DNA from: Marsupella aquatica
Lineage: Eukaryota > Plantae > Marchantiophyta
DNA: 64,000 nucleotides
Reading direction: 5' to 3'
Assembly: GCA_973895155.1 (NCBI GenBank)
Contig: OZ316893.1
Location: 3,764,490 to 3,828,489, forward strand
The notes under the pieces are model-generated. The model was not told where the DNA came from, did no database searches, and saw only the letters and a program-made list of their open reading frames with translations. This document shows, in pieces, positions 1-13,189 of this stretch. The number at the start of each line of letters is the position of its first letter. The stretch's first letter is position 1. The position numbers and the translations under genes are program-made.

Positions 1-235
1 GCTGGAACGGAGTTTTTGGAAAATCTTGCCAGTATTAGAACCTAGTCATGCTAGAGGCATGCAGCTAATTGGTGAAGAGTCGTCAGGACTTCAGAGGTCT
101 GCAGTTTCAAGCTTTTGTGAATGTCAGGGGTCATGAGCTATGAGTGCACATCCCAAGAGACCGTTCCGGATGTTCTTTCACACACACATGTATATGACTG
201 GTTTGATGATGTTGCTAACAAGTGCTCTGCTTCAG

Positions 236-1015
236 GCACTCTACGAAAATGGAGCCAGGAAAATTGTTGTATTTGGCGTTGGGCCCCTAGGCTGTATCCC
301 AATCGAGATGTTCGTCTTCAAAAGCCCCGATGCAAGTTGCATCGAAACCCACAATAAACTGGTTCGAAGCTTCAACACTGCTTTGGAACAATCCCTGCAA
401 GACCTCATGAGGAAGCATAAGGGTTTATATATCCTGTACGCCGACACGTACAAGAAGATGATCAGCTTCACCCAAAACACCACCTCGTATGGTATGTTGT
501 CATTTCTACCACTGCCTGGTCTCGTGGATCGACTTCCCGAATTCTTGTCTAGGAATCTAATTTCAAAACGAATTACATCCTTCTGCTTAGACACACTCAT
601 TTCAATGCATAAATATCTATATTCCTCGGGTCGTTTTTTCGATCCTCTCGAGTCCTAGAATTAGAAACTAAGCCAGAGACAGAGCTGGTCTCGAAGCATT
701 CAACCACATTACTGTCGATATCCTACATCTAGGTCTTAACTCTGTAGCTGACAAGGAAATGAGCACTAAGAGTTGTCCTGCTTCATCGATTCAGGTTTTG
801 CGTATGGAAATACATCATGTTGTGGGCAAGGCAAATATGGAGCAGAAACACCTTGCCTTCCGACCTCATTTGTCTGTTCTGATCGATCGTCTTACGTATT
901 CTGGGACCGCCATCATCCGAGCGATCGTGCCAACTTGCTCATGTCCGGCGATTACGTGTCTGGAGGAAGCGAAGTCATCAGACCCATGAACCTCTTGGAG
1001 ATGGCTGTGCTTTAA
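236..1015 (+). CDS. GDSL esterase/lipase, last two exons (236-491, 795-1015); 5' part lies upstream of the window
   Basis: ALYENGARKIVVFGVGPLGCIP, then CCGQG...C...YVFWDRHHPSDRAN (DxxH catalytic block). GT at 492 and AG at 793-794 join the exons in frame; stop TAA at 1013-1015. Confidence 0.92.
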
Positions 1016-1898
1016 TTAAACGAGGAACTTCATTCCATGCTAACCATTACCTATCGAACGAAGATGCCCACCACTTGAAACGTACATCAGATGGCTTCCT
1101 GCCAACATCTATCATACCCTACCATAACGTTTTTGTTTCAAAAATTTGGAGCATTAGCCCAAGCTTTAATAGTCTATGCAAATGGGGTCCCATTTGTCAC
1201 ACATTGGACTCCAGATGTGTAGGGATTGTTGTCTAAAAATGTCAAGCTCATCTCCCATGGTTTTGGTCAGTCATACGGTACCTAGGTCTCAATTTACGAG
1301 TCATACCATATATTCCAAGTTCTCTTCTCCTCCTGTCCGTTTCCTCAGGGGGAGCCTTGTTGCAATATTGAAAAGAATTGACTGCTTATACATGTACATC
1401 CCACCTACGCTCTTTGCGGCATTTATTGTGAGCACCGAAATAATTTCGCTTGCAAATTATACATTAATATATGTTCAACCAAATTTAGAATATACAGTGA
1501 GCATGGAAATAATTTCGCTTACAAATTTGAGTTGGCGAATATTAATATGCTTTCCTTGTTAGGGCATTATATAAAGCACACTGAAATAATCTTGCTCGCA
1601 ATTATAGAGTTAGCAGCACTAAGATGCTCTTACACCAAATTTAGGATCATCAAACCACTAATTCATATTAATACCTGTTTACACCAAAACTACAAATGAG
1701 ATTTGGCAACACTAAGATGTGTTTAGGGCATCAGAACTCTAATTCACAATAATATGTGTTTATACCACATTCAGGGCAGCCTAACACCAATTCACATAAA
1801 TCTATGTTTACAACGCATTTAGGACACCAGAACACATATTCAGACCAATGTGAATGGGTAACACTAATTAATATGTGCTGCACCATAAATCCCTTCAC

Positions 1899-2087
1899 TA
1901 AACTGGTATTCAATCTGCAGAACATTTCAATGAATAACTTCGGTGCAAGGATCCTTCTAACTCTCCCTAAGAGTTAGGAATGTATGGGGGAGTAAACTGG
2001 TATTCAATCTGCAGAACATTTCAATGAATAACTTCGGTGCAAGGATCCTTCTAACTCTCCCTAAGAGTTAGGAATGTATGGGGGAGT
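1899..2087. repeat. Perfect 94-bp tandem duplication
   Basis: taaactggtattcaatctgcag...gtatgggggag starts at 1899 and again at 1993. Confidence 0.9.
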
Positions 2088-3282
2088 GAAGGGACTGCCA
2101 CCCAATTCACAACTTACTTGTAAAGGCTTGAAGGGAAGCTAGGGTTGGGGTCTAGGCTTCTAGAGTGAAGCCAACAGACCCTGACTCTATGGCCCACCAA
2201 AATTTATGCTTATGGAAAGAAGATGTGGAGAGAATGAAGTATGTTAAATGATGGCATGCATGCTCGTTTTTGTCATCATTTCATTAATATTCAAAGAATA
2301 GGCATTTCATTAATATTCAAAGAATAGGCATTGAGGCTCGTGAGTTGTAAGTCAGAAGTGATCTTACTAGTAAAGCCTCCATTGAAACCGGCTCTTTAGG
2401 GCTACTATCTAGAGTGATCTTAATAGTAAAGCTCCATTGAAACCTACTGTTGAGGGCTACTATGTAGAGTCAAGATTCTAGACCCATAACTGAAAGTGCT
2501 TACAGAAAACAAGGATGGCAGCAAAGATGAACAAGAAATAATAAGGAATCTTTTTTGCAAGAATTTTTTGTGTCATCTTTATCAGACTAGTTGTTAGGAT
2601 TGAAAATGTTCTTGGCTTGACAATGAATGTGACTGCTGGACATTCAAGTTCTCTAATCCTCTGTTACACCACCTACTCGTTACGTCAATTAGATTGGGGG
2701 AATTCATGAGAGACTATTAGTTTAGACAAGGAAAGAAGAAACACAGAGGTCTCTCCTCGTAACGAGACAGATTTCTTTGGGCCATGTGTATACCAGAAGC
2801 ACAATCACCATTTCGGGTTTAATGGCTACTTTATTTTCAGAGAGAGCTTTTTTCATGATCTAAAGAAAGCATTATCTCGAAACCAGGTTCTCGAAGTGTC
2901 ATGGACCCTTCTCTGGAGCTTGGCAAAGAAGCAGTTTTATCAAAACAACTTCAAAGCTGTGCTAGAACTCGGTCTTCGACTGTAGCCATGGGAACCCGAA
3001 TTGCAATTTCAGTATGTCCATGCCCTTCTCCAGTGCATTGCAATGTGATACAAACTATAGTAACTTCACAAATACGATTCCGAAATTGGCTACAGCAGAG
3101 CAGAGAGAGGACTATCAAGAAGAGGACACCTCTAGATTGCAAAAAAGGAACTCCCTTGGGAAAACAAAAATTGGAATACTTCCTAGTGAAGGTAACAAAC
3201 ATCATTTCCTTAACAGATGCCGTGCTGAACGACAACGATTCGATTCTAAGAGTGAGGATGAAAGGAAAATTAGATTGTAAGG

Positions 3283-3930
3283 CCCCACCACCTGAGGGTC
3301 GAATCCCGGTGTTTCCTTTAACATGCTTTGGAAGCAGGCTTGAACAGGGACAACAAATTGATGTATGCAACAGGGAAGAAGGAGGGCACCATATCCTGTG
3401 GCACAAAGTACCTGCAGGTGCGGTACACTCGGCAATGTTGTTCAAGTAGAATTCAACAAAAAATTGAAAACTAAAAACCCTCCGAAGATGATCTCTCCTT
3501 CTATGAAAAAATGAAACGCTGCTTGCCACGAGGTTGGTGGGATATGACTAGCGTTGGGTCTCTATCACCTTGGAGTTGAATCCCGTTGTGTCCAGCTCAA
3601 TTCATCCTCAGAAGCAGGCTTCAAACGGGATCCTATCCTTCGCACACGGTGCTTCAGGTGCTGAAAGCTCGGCAATCTCGTAGCAAACCTACATAAGACT
3701 AGGAACATGTGCCGGGCATTCTTACGCGAAATGCTGAGGAGCATGAGAGGGAATTGATATGATAACAACTGTGCGTCCCTAGCACCTGGGGGTCGAATCC
3801 CGGTGTTTCCATTCACAGGCTTTAGCAGAAGCGGGTTTGGAAAGGGACAACTGGTTGATGTAAGCAACAGGGAAGGAGGAGAGCACCATGTCCTTGGCAC
3901 ATTGTGCTTCAGGTGCGGTACACTCGGCAT
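3283..3930 (-). repeat. Three diverged copies of a 120-160 bp unit (~3283-3435, ~3557-3675, ~3775-3930); probably a decayed coding repeat
   Basis: Shared minus-strand blocks TGCCGAG..GCACCTG..GTGC..AGGA..CC(T/C)GCTTC..CGGGATTC(G/A)AC..AGGTG. Many differences are synonymous in one frame (AE..APEA.CAKD, KPAS, RDSTPR), but the copies carry frameshifts and stops. Confidence 0.65.
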
Positions 3931-4321
3931 TGTTGCTGGCGGAGACCTCCATGTAAATAATAAAGCCGTCTCGAAAGACTATTTCCTTTTCTAAACTCGA
4001 AGACAGCGAAAAGTGTTGTATTCTCTAAGGACTCCATAACAACTAGAAATCAAACATCTTCGACATGCCTATGACACCCTTCATACATACATTGATGTTT
4101 TTGCTGAGCACCACATTGACATTTTAAAATGTCCAGTTGGCCCCTCAGGCAATTGACGACAAGCATTCCATCGTTTGCTTGATGAGGGGCTTACATCATT
4201 CGGAGAGATAAAATAACCTCTAGGATTAAAGGAAGTCGCTTTAGACCACCGAGACGCTGTCTACGCAATATAACTACACTAAAGGGTATTAGCTGGAAAT
4301 GCGAGGAAGCTAATCGCCGCC

Positions 4322-4403
4322 AAATGATCAGTATGAAGAGTTGCATATATATCATCGAGTTCTCAAAACCACAGCCAATGCATTGTTCATCATCATTTCA
4401 TTT
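4322..4403 (-). ncRNA. Box C/D snoRNA, U53-like, predicted guide for 2'-O-methylation of 25S rRNA
   Basis: Minus strand: 6-bp terminal stem AAATGA/TCATTT, box C ATGATGA (4396-4390), guide TTGGCTGTGGTT (4378-4367), D' TTGA, C'-like CGATGA, box D CTGA (4331-4328). The guide is complementary to the conserved 25S rRNA sequence AACCACAGCCAA. Confidence 0.8.
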
Positions 4404-4640
4404 CGACTGGTACGTGCCTTTCGGCGAACTTTGTTTCTGACTAGAGACGGCAGGAACTGCGGCTTCTCTACTACGTGATAATCTCCATCTGCGCCACCAT
4501 CGTCACTCATTCGCTGCACCATGAAGGCCCAATTCCCGTGCACTTGAAAGTTTCTCTACTCTCATCTCTCAGAACAGAAGCATGTCCGTTCCCTCGCCAG
4601 CTCCCCACCTCATAACGACAGAAAGAGAACATCAGCAAAA

Positions 4641-4684
4641 ACTCACATAGCCTGTGTATCCTTGAACCCTAACCGTAACCCTAA
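4641..4684 (-). promoter_or_regulatory. Telo-box-like motifs and a strong 5' splice site; possible start of a snoRNA host transcript
   Basis: AACCCTAA occurs twice (4665-4684) and a minus-strand GTGAGT donor lies at 4646-4641, about 240 bp upstream of the snoRNA. Confidence 0.35.
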
Positions 4685-6151
4685 CTCAGGTACGACAAGT
4701 CGACAACAGAGGGTAACCTCATTTAATGCTGGTTGCCAACAGTGGGAGAAAGACCTTAAACTAGGAGCGGTGGTTTTTCTGAACATAATCTTTCCAGTAC
4801 TGTTGACAACCATCCTGCAATGAGAATTGGCTCTTGCATCAGCTGGCCAAAGAGTCCAGGAGTGTTTTATTGGGCTCAGTATTTGGGCAACAAACAGAGG
4901 ACTTGTAAAGCAAGATCAAACCAAATCTGACTCTCAGATCGGGGAATTTCACTTGGGGGCCAGCCGGCAGGATTATGACGCAGTGGAAAAATTCAATCGA
5001 TATGAAAAATGTGGGTATTGTAGTGCGACTCTCGCACCTGAGATACGGTCTAAGAGAGAAATTTCAGTCTCCTTATTCGACAATAGTCTGGTGTTGTAAG
5101 ATTGAATTGTCAGTTGTTCATATAAGTTCAAACATGGGTTTTAGATTTCAGAAATCTTAAGAATCGGACAAATGAAGTTCAAGATGTTATTTTCAAAGTT
5201 CAACCTAATTGTCTCTTTGTCATTATGGTGGAGTACACAGGACTTCAATCAGTCATGATGATTAACGTCCTGGACAGGCAAATCCTCTGAATCTGTACAG
5301 TTACTAAGGCCACCCACGAAGGACTTCAATCGAATCCAAACCCCCGTCGGTGGAGTAACTATTACACGCTAAAGTCAGACACCTGTTTTTGATTTGATCA
5401 CCTCTTGTCAGTCTAGCAGGACCACACTTGAGCCTTCCAGGTAGATCAAGCAGGCATGAATTCGTCTTTCAAGACACTCAGGGACTGGAGGGAATGACTG
5501 GCAGAATCTAACCTGTCTTGTAATCCGCACTCTTTATTGATGACGTGCCCAACATGCCCGAATTTCCTCAAAGAATGTCGTTAGATCAGAATGAGATCAG
5601 ATGTGTTTGCGAAAAATGCAGTGTCATTATAAAAACTAGCAGGATACTTGAGAGCAAGATCTCCCGGTAATGAAATTGCCAGTAATCCCCAAGGAAGGCG
5701 ATCAATATAGCAAATAATTTAGAGTGTAACCATAGCAAATTTATTTTGGGGGCAACTTCAAATCTCAACAAGCTGACACAGACATCTTGTTGTACACTTC
5801 AACGGAAACTTGTAGAGGGGCTCCCTCAAAATTTCTGATACAATGCTCACGTAGTATATGTTCAAATTACAACCAGGGAAAATAATACTACTTGTCCAAC
5901 ACAATTTGCCAGAACTGAGTGCCAATGATGTGCATCACCTCCAATGACTACATCAGAGACCAAACCTCATGACAAGGTCTGTAGTCCTCCAGCGGGAAAC
6001 TCTCTTCTATCCACAAGCTATTACCTCCATGAGTTGGGAAGGGGGCACAACTGCCTAACATTTGGACATGGCTGAAGTTGCCTTTGAATCATCACCAAGT
6101 GAAAACACAAGACACATCGTGAACCGCTTGGAACGAAACATGGCTTCAATC

Positions 6152-7755
6152 CTACAAACCGCCCCGAAGAGCAAGTACAAGATGTAACACAGAGCCACCT
6201 TCAATGTTGTAGTCACGGGCAGTCTTGTCATCGTTCATCTGCTTCCCTGCAAAAATAAGCCTGATCCATACCAACACCCAGGATTCAGTGTCCAAGAGCA
6301 GAGTTGGGAAAACAAAAAGCTGTTACTTCACGCACCCAACTTGAGAATTGGCACAAATACGAATATTGCAAGTGTCAGCTCGAGGTTCCCTTCAGGCGAC
6401 ACCATATCGTCTCAGCACAGACGGAATTTGTGTTGTCAAACATGACACAGTTTAGGAACGAAGGTTTTAGTGTCTCTATTTTCACCGAGCTCAGGGCATG
6501 AAATCGAGCCCATACTAACGCTCAAAGCCTTCCCCAAGTGGTCAGGTCAATGAGGAGGGGATTAAAGTCTAATTAGACACACAGTCAAGCTAATTCGAAA
6601 CCATTGTCATTCAAGAAAAATACAGGTGTGAAAGTGTTTCTTAAGGCTACATTGCCTCACCATATCACTCTTACTCCAACATTCCACTAAGCAAACACCC
6701 AGCAAACAGATCTAAAGATGAACACAAAAGACTACGAACAAATTCTAAGCGATGAGAGCCGACTTAATAAAATCATTCTCCTCGAGTACCATATGAGGAT
6801 CAAGAAAATATAATCTTAAGATATCCAGAACAAGTTCATCAGAGATGCTCACCTCTGCTGGACGGGAGGAATTCCCTCCTTCTCCTCCACTCGCTCCTTT
6901 ATCCGCTCGATAGAATCAGTAGGCTCAATATCAATTTCAATTTCCTTGCCGGTAAGAGTTTTGACCTTTATCATGGTGCCGCCTCGTAATCGGAGTACCA
7001 AATGAAGAGTGGATTCCTTCTGGATATTGTAATCAGCAAGAGTACGCCCATCTTCTAACTGCTTTCCAGCAAATATCAAGCGCTGCTGGTCCGGGGGAAT
7101 GCCCTCCTTGTCCTGACATAGTCGATTCAACACAGCCAGAGTTTTAGATCGCATACTTTCTCGAACTCAGATGCCCTCCACTCCAAGACCAAATGAGACT
7201 GACTCTCCAAGATTACCCCACAATACATTCAACAATAAACTTGCGAAAACAAGTTATATTCAACAACCCCCACTCGTATTACCATAATTAGGGCAAGGGG
7301 ACTGTAACCTACAAGACCCATAATCGAGCACCAAAGCAATGGCGACTTCGAAACTCGAAATCAGCCAGTCCAGATTCTGAAATTCAGCACTAAAAATTCT
7401 GATACAGAGTCTACAGAAACCTAAAAGTGAGTGAAGTATGTAAAACGGTCAGGCAGCTCCAAGAAGTAATCTCCCAAACGCCACACAAGCGTGAGTCCTC
7501 TGGCGCTGAAAAGGCTCGGAAGAGAACAGCGGAAGGCCCGCAGACACGAAATCTTCGCGCAAAACCATCCACATCGCATTGAATGCTGCAAACTTGAACC
7601 ATCCATACGAATCACTGGCCAGGTTCAACCAATTCCTCCAACAAAGCAGGAATTCCATTTACCTGAATTTTAGTCTTCACATTGTCGATAGTGTCGCTGC
7701 TCTCAACTTCTAGCGTGATGGTCTTCCCCGTCAGCGTCTTCACAAAAATCTGCAT
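6152..7755 (-). CDS. RUB1: Ubiquitin-RUB/NEDD8 fusion protein (exons 7755-7663, 7112-6853, 6260-6152; 153 aa)
   Basis: [11 protein letters not shown]...LRLRGG followed by [19 protein letters not shown]...LVLALRGGL*. Introns are GT-AG and the exons sum to 462 nt. Confidence 0.96.
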
Positions 7756-8609
7756 CTTCAAAACACTTCTCTGCCCCGCCACGCCACGCTCCGATCTGCT
7801 CCGCTCTTCCTTATTCGAAGGTGTCCGTCCGCTCTCCTCCGCTCCGGAATTCCCTCTCTCAAGTACCAATCAAGCAATCAAGCAATCCCGGTCCTCCGCC
7901 CGCTAAACGCCACTGAACGAGTGCTCATCAGGACTACAGAAAGAGCGGACAGAACCAGAGCAATTCGCCCAAAACCTTTGCCTCGATCCGGGAGCTTCCG
8001 ATTTACTCCGCCTCAGTAAGTTCCCTCGAGGCGAGCACGAGAGCCCCACTACTGGAGCAACAGACAGGAAGAAGAAGACCTCACCTGTCGAGCGAAAATG
8101 TGAAATGCCGCCAGTAGCGAACAAACGACCAAATCAATGTGACTTGTAGAGTACTGGTCCTACTGGATGCTTCTGGTCTTCCTGCTGTGATTTCTTAATC
8201 TTAAATAGGCACGACGGAGTCTTTTGTGGGTTGCCTCTCCTTTGACTCTTTACTGACCAGCTCCTGTACAAAGCTAGAGTTACATACGTTACTGCCATTT
8301 GACTAGGCGCCAAGTGTAGATTTTCCTGTTGCTCAAAGTGTTAAATTTACATCAAGTTAATGTGGTCTGTGCACCAGAACATAAACAAATACACTGTATT
8401 TCTGATCTACAACCCAAATGAACATAAACAAATACACTGTATTTCTGATCTATAACCCAAATAATTTAAATAGTATGTGTTTTGGTTTATGTTCTGGTTG
8501 TACGGCTGACATAGATTTGATGCGCGGTTCAAAGGGCTTTAGTTTTTTTTTATTTTTTTCCAATCATCATGAATTTAATTGTTGGGGTCTTTGTGCACAA
8601 TTATTTTGC

Positions 8610-9300
8610 TGAGTGGAACATCAAAATACCACTCCCACAATTCAGGTGGTAGAGCCAAATGGAAAAATAGATCTGTGTTTCACCAATGGCTATGTCAACT
8701 ATAACACACAAAAGAGCTTACTAGAACACACAAAAGAGTTTTACTCAAATATACATCAGACGCCATAACAAGTATAGTTTTGAGTGAAACATCAAAATAA
8801 TCCACCACTATCATAAATTTATTTGTTGGGTCCTTCTGTGCAATTATTTTCTTGAGGGAAACATCAAAATAACACTCCCACAATTCACGTTGTCCTTAGG
8901 CGCTACATTGTCCTTAGGCACTCTTAGCTAGAGAGAAATGGGAAAATAGATCTGTGTGTCATTTCATCAAAGGTTATGTCAATTGAAACACACAAAAGAG
9001 TTTTATTAAACTTTAAAATAAGACTGCCATAACTAGTCTTTTTTGAGTGAAACATCAAAATAAACTCACACAATTCAATTGTCCTTAGGCATTCTTAGTT
9101 AGAGCCAAATGGGAAAATATGCCGTAACTAGTCTTATATTTTTGAGTGAAACATCAAAATAAACTCACACAAAATAAACTCACACAATTCTCATTGTCCT
9201 TAGGCATTCTTAGTTAGAGCCAAATGGGAAGATAGATGTGTTTCACCCCTATGGAACATACAAAAGAGCTTTATTCAACTCTTAGTAGGAGGGCCATAAC
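8610..9300. repeat. Degenerate tandem repeat array between RUB1 and DPH5
   Basis: Recurring blocks gagtgaaacatcaaaataaactcacacaattc, gtccttaggcattcttag and gagccaaatgggaaaatagatctgtg, in 4-5 partial copies. Confidence 0.75.
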
Positions 9301-9891
9301 TAGTATCCACAAACTAAATTCTTTCTATCTCTTAAATGGCTCTAGATGGCTCACTATCTCTTAAATGGCTCTCTAAGAATGGATTTAGGTTCCACTAAAT
9401 ATACTAATGACACATCTAACCTTTAGCTAATCAAGTTTCTGACTATGGTTAGAATAGCTGCACTTACCAAGTACCTCTAGACCCAAGAATAAATGTAGTT
9501 TTGATGCTGCTCATGGATCCTCACTCCTTTTCTTCAAACCTATCTCGCAACCTATGGCGCACCCATAAGTTATGGGTTTTTTAATTTAACTGGCTGGAAG
9601 ACTTTAAAGAAGGTTCGTACTTCTGCATGTTCTAGTTTATTTTTCTGTGTTTGTGAGAGTATTTCATTTAGCCACATATTACCTCTGAAGAGTTATCTGA
9701 TTCTTTCAGTTTATGAGGTGACCAATCAGGCCTGCAAGCCTGTCTGACTAGTCGAGTGGTTATCCAGATGACAACATAGCCTTGGATGCAAGAACATCAT
9801 TCCCAAGCGGGATCTTGATGACGATTCTACAAAATTTGAACCATTTCACTCAATCAGCAACAGGAACTCAAGCTTTTCTTATGGTTGCAAT

Positions 9892-12787
9892 TTATTTCGC
9901 CTTGAAATAGTTCAACATCTCTACTTCCATGACATGGACGCTTCCAGTGATAACCAAACAATGCAGAGGGGCGCCGAAGTCTACATCCAGCAGTTCTTTC
10001 AAAGTCGCTGCCACTATCAGTTGATCAGGAGATCCCAGTCGTGCCATTCCTACCGCCAAGGTTTCCTCGGTGTATGCTGCATAATACAAACACTGGTCAG
10101 GAAACAGGCACTAAATCGGTAAAGAACTAAAATCAGGAAAAGGGGAAGGGAACTAATCTCCAACCAGGAATACTTCAAGAAAACAAAAGAAAAGCGAGTC
10201 CGTGGAAGGGCTAGTATTCTCAGAAGGAGAACTCAAAACTGCATGACGCAAGTTTGAGATTAATTTAAAAAAATACGGAATTGAGCTTGAAGCATCTGCA
10301 TTCGACCAGATAAAACTAAGTGATGCTAATTACAATAGACATAAAAGTATGAAAACGAAAAGTTCACTGATTTTGAAGAATTGAGAATTGAGGAAAAACC
10401 CAAAAAGTACCAAACGGTCAACACAGAATTTAACTCACCCTTTTCATTCCGCAACTCTTCAACCTCGAGAAGCTGTTCCACAGCTGTGTTTACCGACATG
10501 TAACGAGGCGGCTCATAATCTTTCCTTCCTCTGCCACGATCATCATGAACAATCTCAGCTCATAGCATGGTCAGCACTCAGAAACCCGTCAGGACTATTG
10601 TACAGCACAGGTACTGCCATTTAATCTTAAGCTAACCTCATCACACACAGCTTCCTAATTCTCATATCAATGCGCATATAGTTATGTCCCATGCAGCACG
10701 CCATATATCAACATCCCCTATCCTTGCAAGGTCCGTAAAATCCTGACCCAAGAATGACAAGTCGGTTCGACTCACAGAAATGAGTTCCGAGCTATAGTCA
10801 GACTGAAACGAAGCAAATCTAGAATGTTCATTGCTCAGTAAGACTCGCCTTATCCAACGTGTATAAACTACAAATGGGGGCTATTGGCTGATCAGACAGC
10901 ACCTACGCAGGCACATTCATAGAGCTAACTCACAGGAACTTACAATGAGAACATGGGCAATTGTACTGTGCAGATACCACAATATCTTTGGGCACCATGT
11001 TTCATATTTCTCACCTACACAAAGCTTCAACCGAGAGTTCCTTCACTCGTATATCTGCAATTAGAACAGTACCGCACCGAGCAAACTTTCTCAAATTGGA
11101 GAAATTGAATCAAAGAATGGGAAGGAATCAGACAACAGTTTGGCCATGCAGTCTAGAGCATTCGTTCAAGTTCTATGCTCATAAGTGACTTCCGAGATCC
11201 AAGTCTATCTTTCCAACATGCAACATGTCCTAAAGTACAAAAAATGAGCGCCAATTCATTCACTTACTACCGAAAAAAGCCTTTGGTGCCAACAAGCCCT
11301 AACGAAAGAGTATCCCTCAATGCTTGGCTCCATAAGTGAAACACACAAACTTTGACAAAAGAACCATTACCGAGAAGGCACAAAGTGTGCAGCCCGATGG
11401 AACGATTTGTCTTGATCTTGTCATAGAAACTGTCCGGCCTCCACGTTTCTGTGAAAAAGGGGATAGATATAGTCTCACCGTACCGGTACAGTTGTAACCC
11501 GCATGCACCAACCGCATTCATCACAGAGGCATTGTGGATTACTTCAACCTTTACTCCTAAATTTTTGGCACGAACCGTCAGATCTGAGTGTGTTGTCGCT
11601 CTGCCAACAAACAGGGTGAGAAGTCAGCTCGGAAGCAGTTGGGATTATACACGAGCTGACATGTCACAACCCAATTTTGAAAATATAGGCAGAGTGTGAC
11701 AGAGCTTTGCAGCATGGCAGACATGCCAGATAATACGTCTATAGAGACAGAAGCAGCGACGAAGCATAAATTGATACAATTTTCGCACTAGAAAGTCTTC
11801 ATTTGGGAAGGAAGATTACCATGGTAAGCGTTACACCCTTTATTTGAATTCGTAACGTTTTCTGCTAAATTATCCCTAATTTGCTTTATTCCACACTTGC
11901 AGGGCAATCAAAGTCCATTTGCTCATGTGCTATGGTGCATTCCACATCCTATCAAACGGTTCTAGATCTTTCTTTACTCAAAAAATCACTATGACGCTTA
12001 TACATAGGTGATGAGCTACCCCGAAGCCAGGGACTCGACTCGTACCCAAATGGATCTCCAACAACGAGAAAAGCCACATTACTGGACTTAGCTTCCTCCA
12101 GAATCTGTTCAGCCATATTCTCGACCATCTCCCGATCTGCTATCACCACAGGATGCCCATACAGCTTTTCCTGCAAACATCATGACCAGAGGTAATGAAT
12201 TTTTGGCGAGCTCTTTATCCATCCTGACAAATTGAATTGAATTGAGAAATCCACTGCTACTGAAAAGTGGATGGTCAGGAGAGAACAAAGGAGAAAACTC
12301 AAAAAGTAGTTCGCAGCTAGCAACTACTCTGGCAGATCGTTTTAAGGTTTTACAGGGTGGACCATAAACAGTTGAATTGTTGCAAAAGTAAAACGAACAA
12401 CGAACAAAAGCTGCACAAAATATCACAGGCCGCGTTCCTTACCGATAAATCCCCGCTAGATAAATAGGACGAAAGAAAGAAACCAAACACCAAAAAACAA
12501 TCAAATCAAGTGACAAAACAACACCTCCAATGACGACTGCAATGCGTGCCCTTAGTGCAGAGAAGTTCAAGATGACACGCTCCTTCCCAACTCTATCCAG
12601 CAGATCCAGCTGCTCGTGGGTAGGGGCTTAAACTTACGAGAGTTGAAGTGGCGGATTCCCCCAAGCCCAGGGTCAAGAGCGAGGTGTAAGCCTCGAGATA
12701 GATCTTCTCGCATTTTCGAACCGCATCCAGACCGCGAAGGGTTATGTCTCGCTCGTCATGGAGGCCCAAACCCACAATATACAGCAT
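9892..12787 (-). CDS. DPH5: Diphthine methyl ester synthase (exons 12787-12638, 12170-12046, 11600-11371, 11054-11015, 10530-10439, 10076-9892)
   Basis: [85 protein letters not shown]; GT-AG junctions are phase-compatible. Confidence 0.96.
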
Positions 12788-12804
12788 TGGTCCGCTCTTG
12801 TGCG

Positions 12805-12805
<1 letters not shown>

Positions 12806-12855
<50 letters not shown>
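12806..12855. repeat. (CT)n/(GA)n microsatellite in the DPH5 5' UTR
   Basis: About 25 CT units with one interruption, 19 bp upstream of the ATG. Confidence 0.95.
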
Positions 12856-12858
<3 letters not shown>

Positions 12859-12990
12859 CTCTGCCTCTATTGAAAAGCAAGCAAAACCTAAAACCCTGCA
12901 CCTTTCCTAGGTAATGTCTACCGTGGTCAAGGACTATGGCCCAACTCGCATGTGAGGGGGCCCTTTGCCCTTTGTTTTGCAGCCCTCTAT

Positions 12991-13189
12991 TTCACACATG
13001 GGACAAAAACTATTCACTAAGAATAGTGTGGAGATACTCCAACTTCCTGCAGGGCTTATTATGCCATAGAAAGTGCATAATTAAGGGTAGCCCTTCACAC
13101 ATGGCACAAAAACTATTCACTAAGAATAGTGTGGAGATACCCCAACTTCCTGGAGGGCTTATTATGCCATAGAAAGTGCATAATTAAGG
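12991..13189. repeat. ~103-bp tandem duplication
   Basis: ttcacacatgg...gtgcataattaagg at 12991 and 13094. Confidence 0.88.

Noticed and set aside
3604-3626. ATCCTCAG..GCAGGCTTCAAAC resembles the tRNA-Sec D and anticodon arms
   Set aside because: No acceptor stem or T arm, the other two repeat copies do not keep it, and land plants lack Sec machinery.
8610-9300. Repeat array as a possible CRISPR
   Set aside because: Eukaryotic context, repeats are degenerate, intervening sequences are also repeated, and there are no cas genes.
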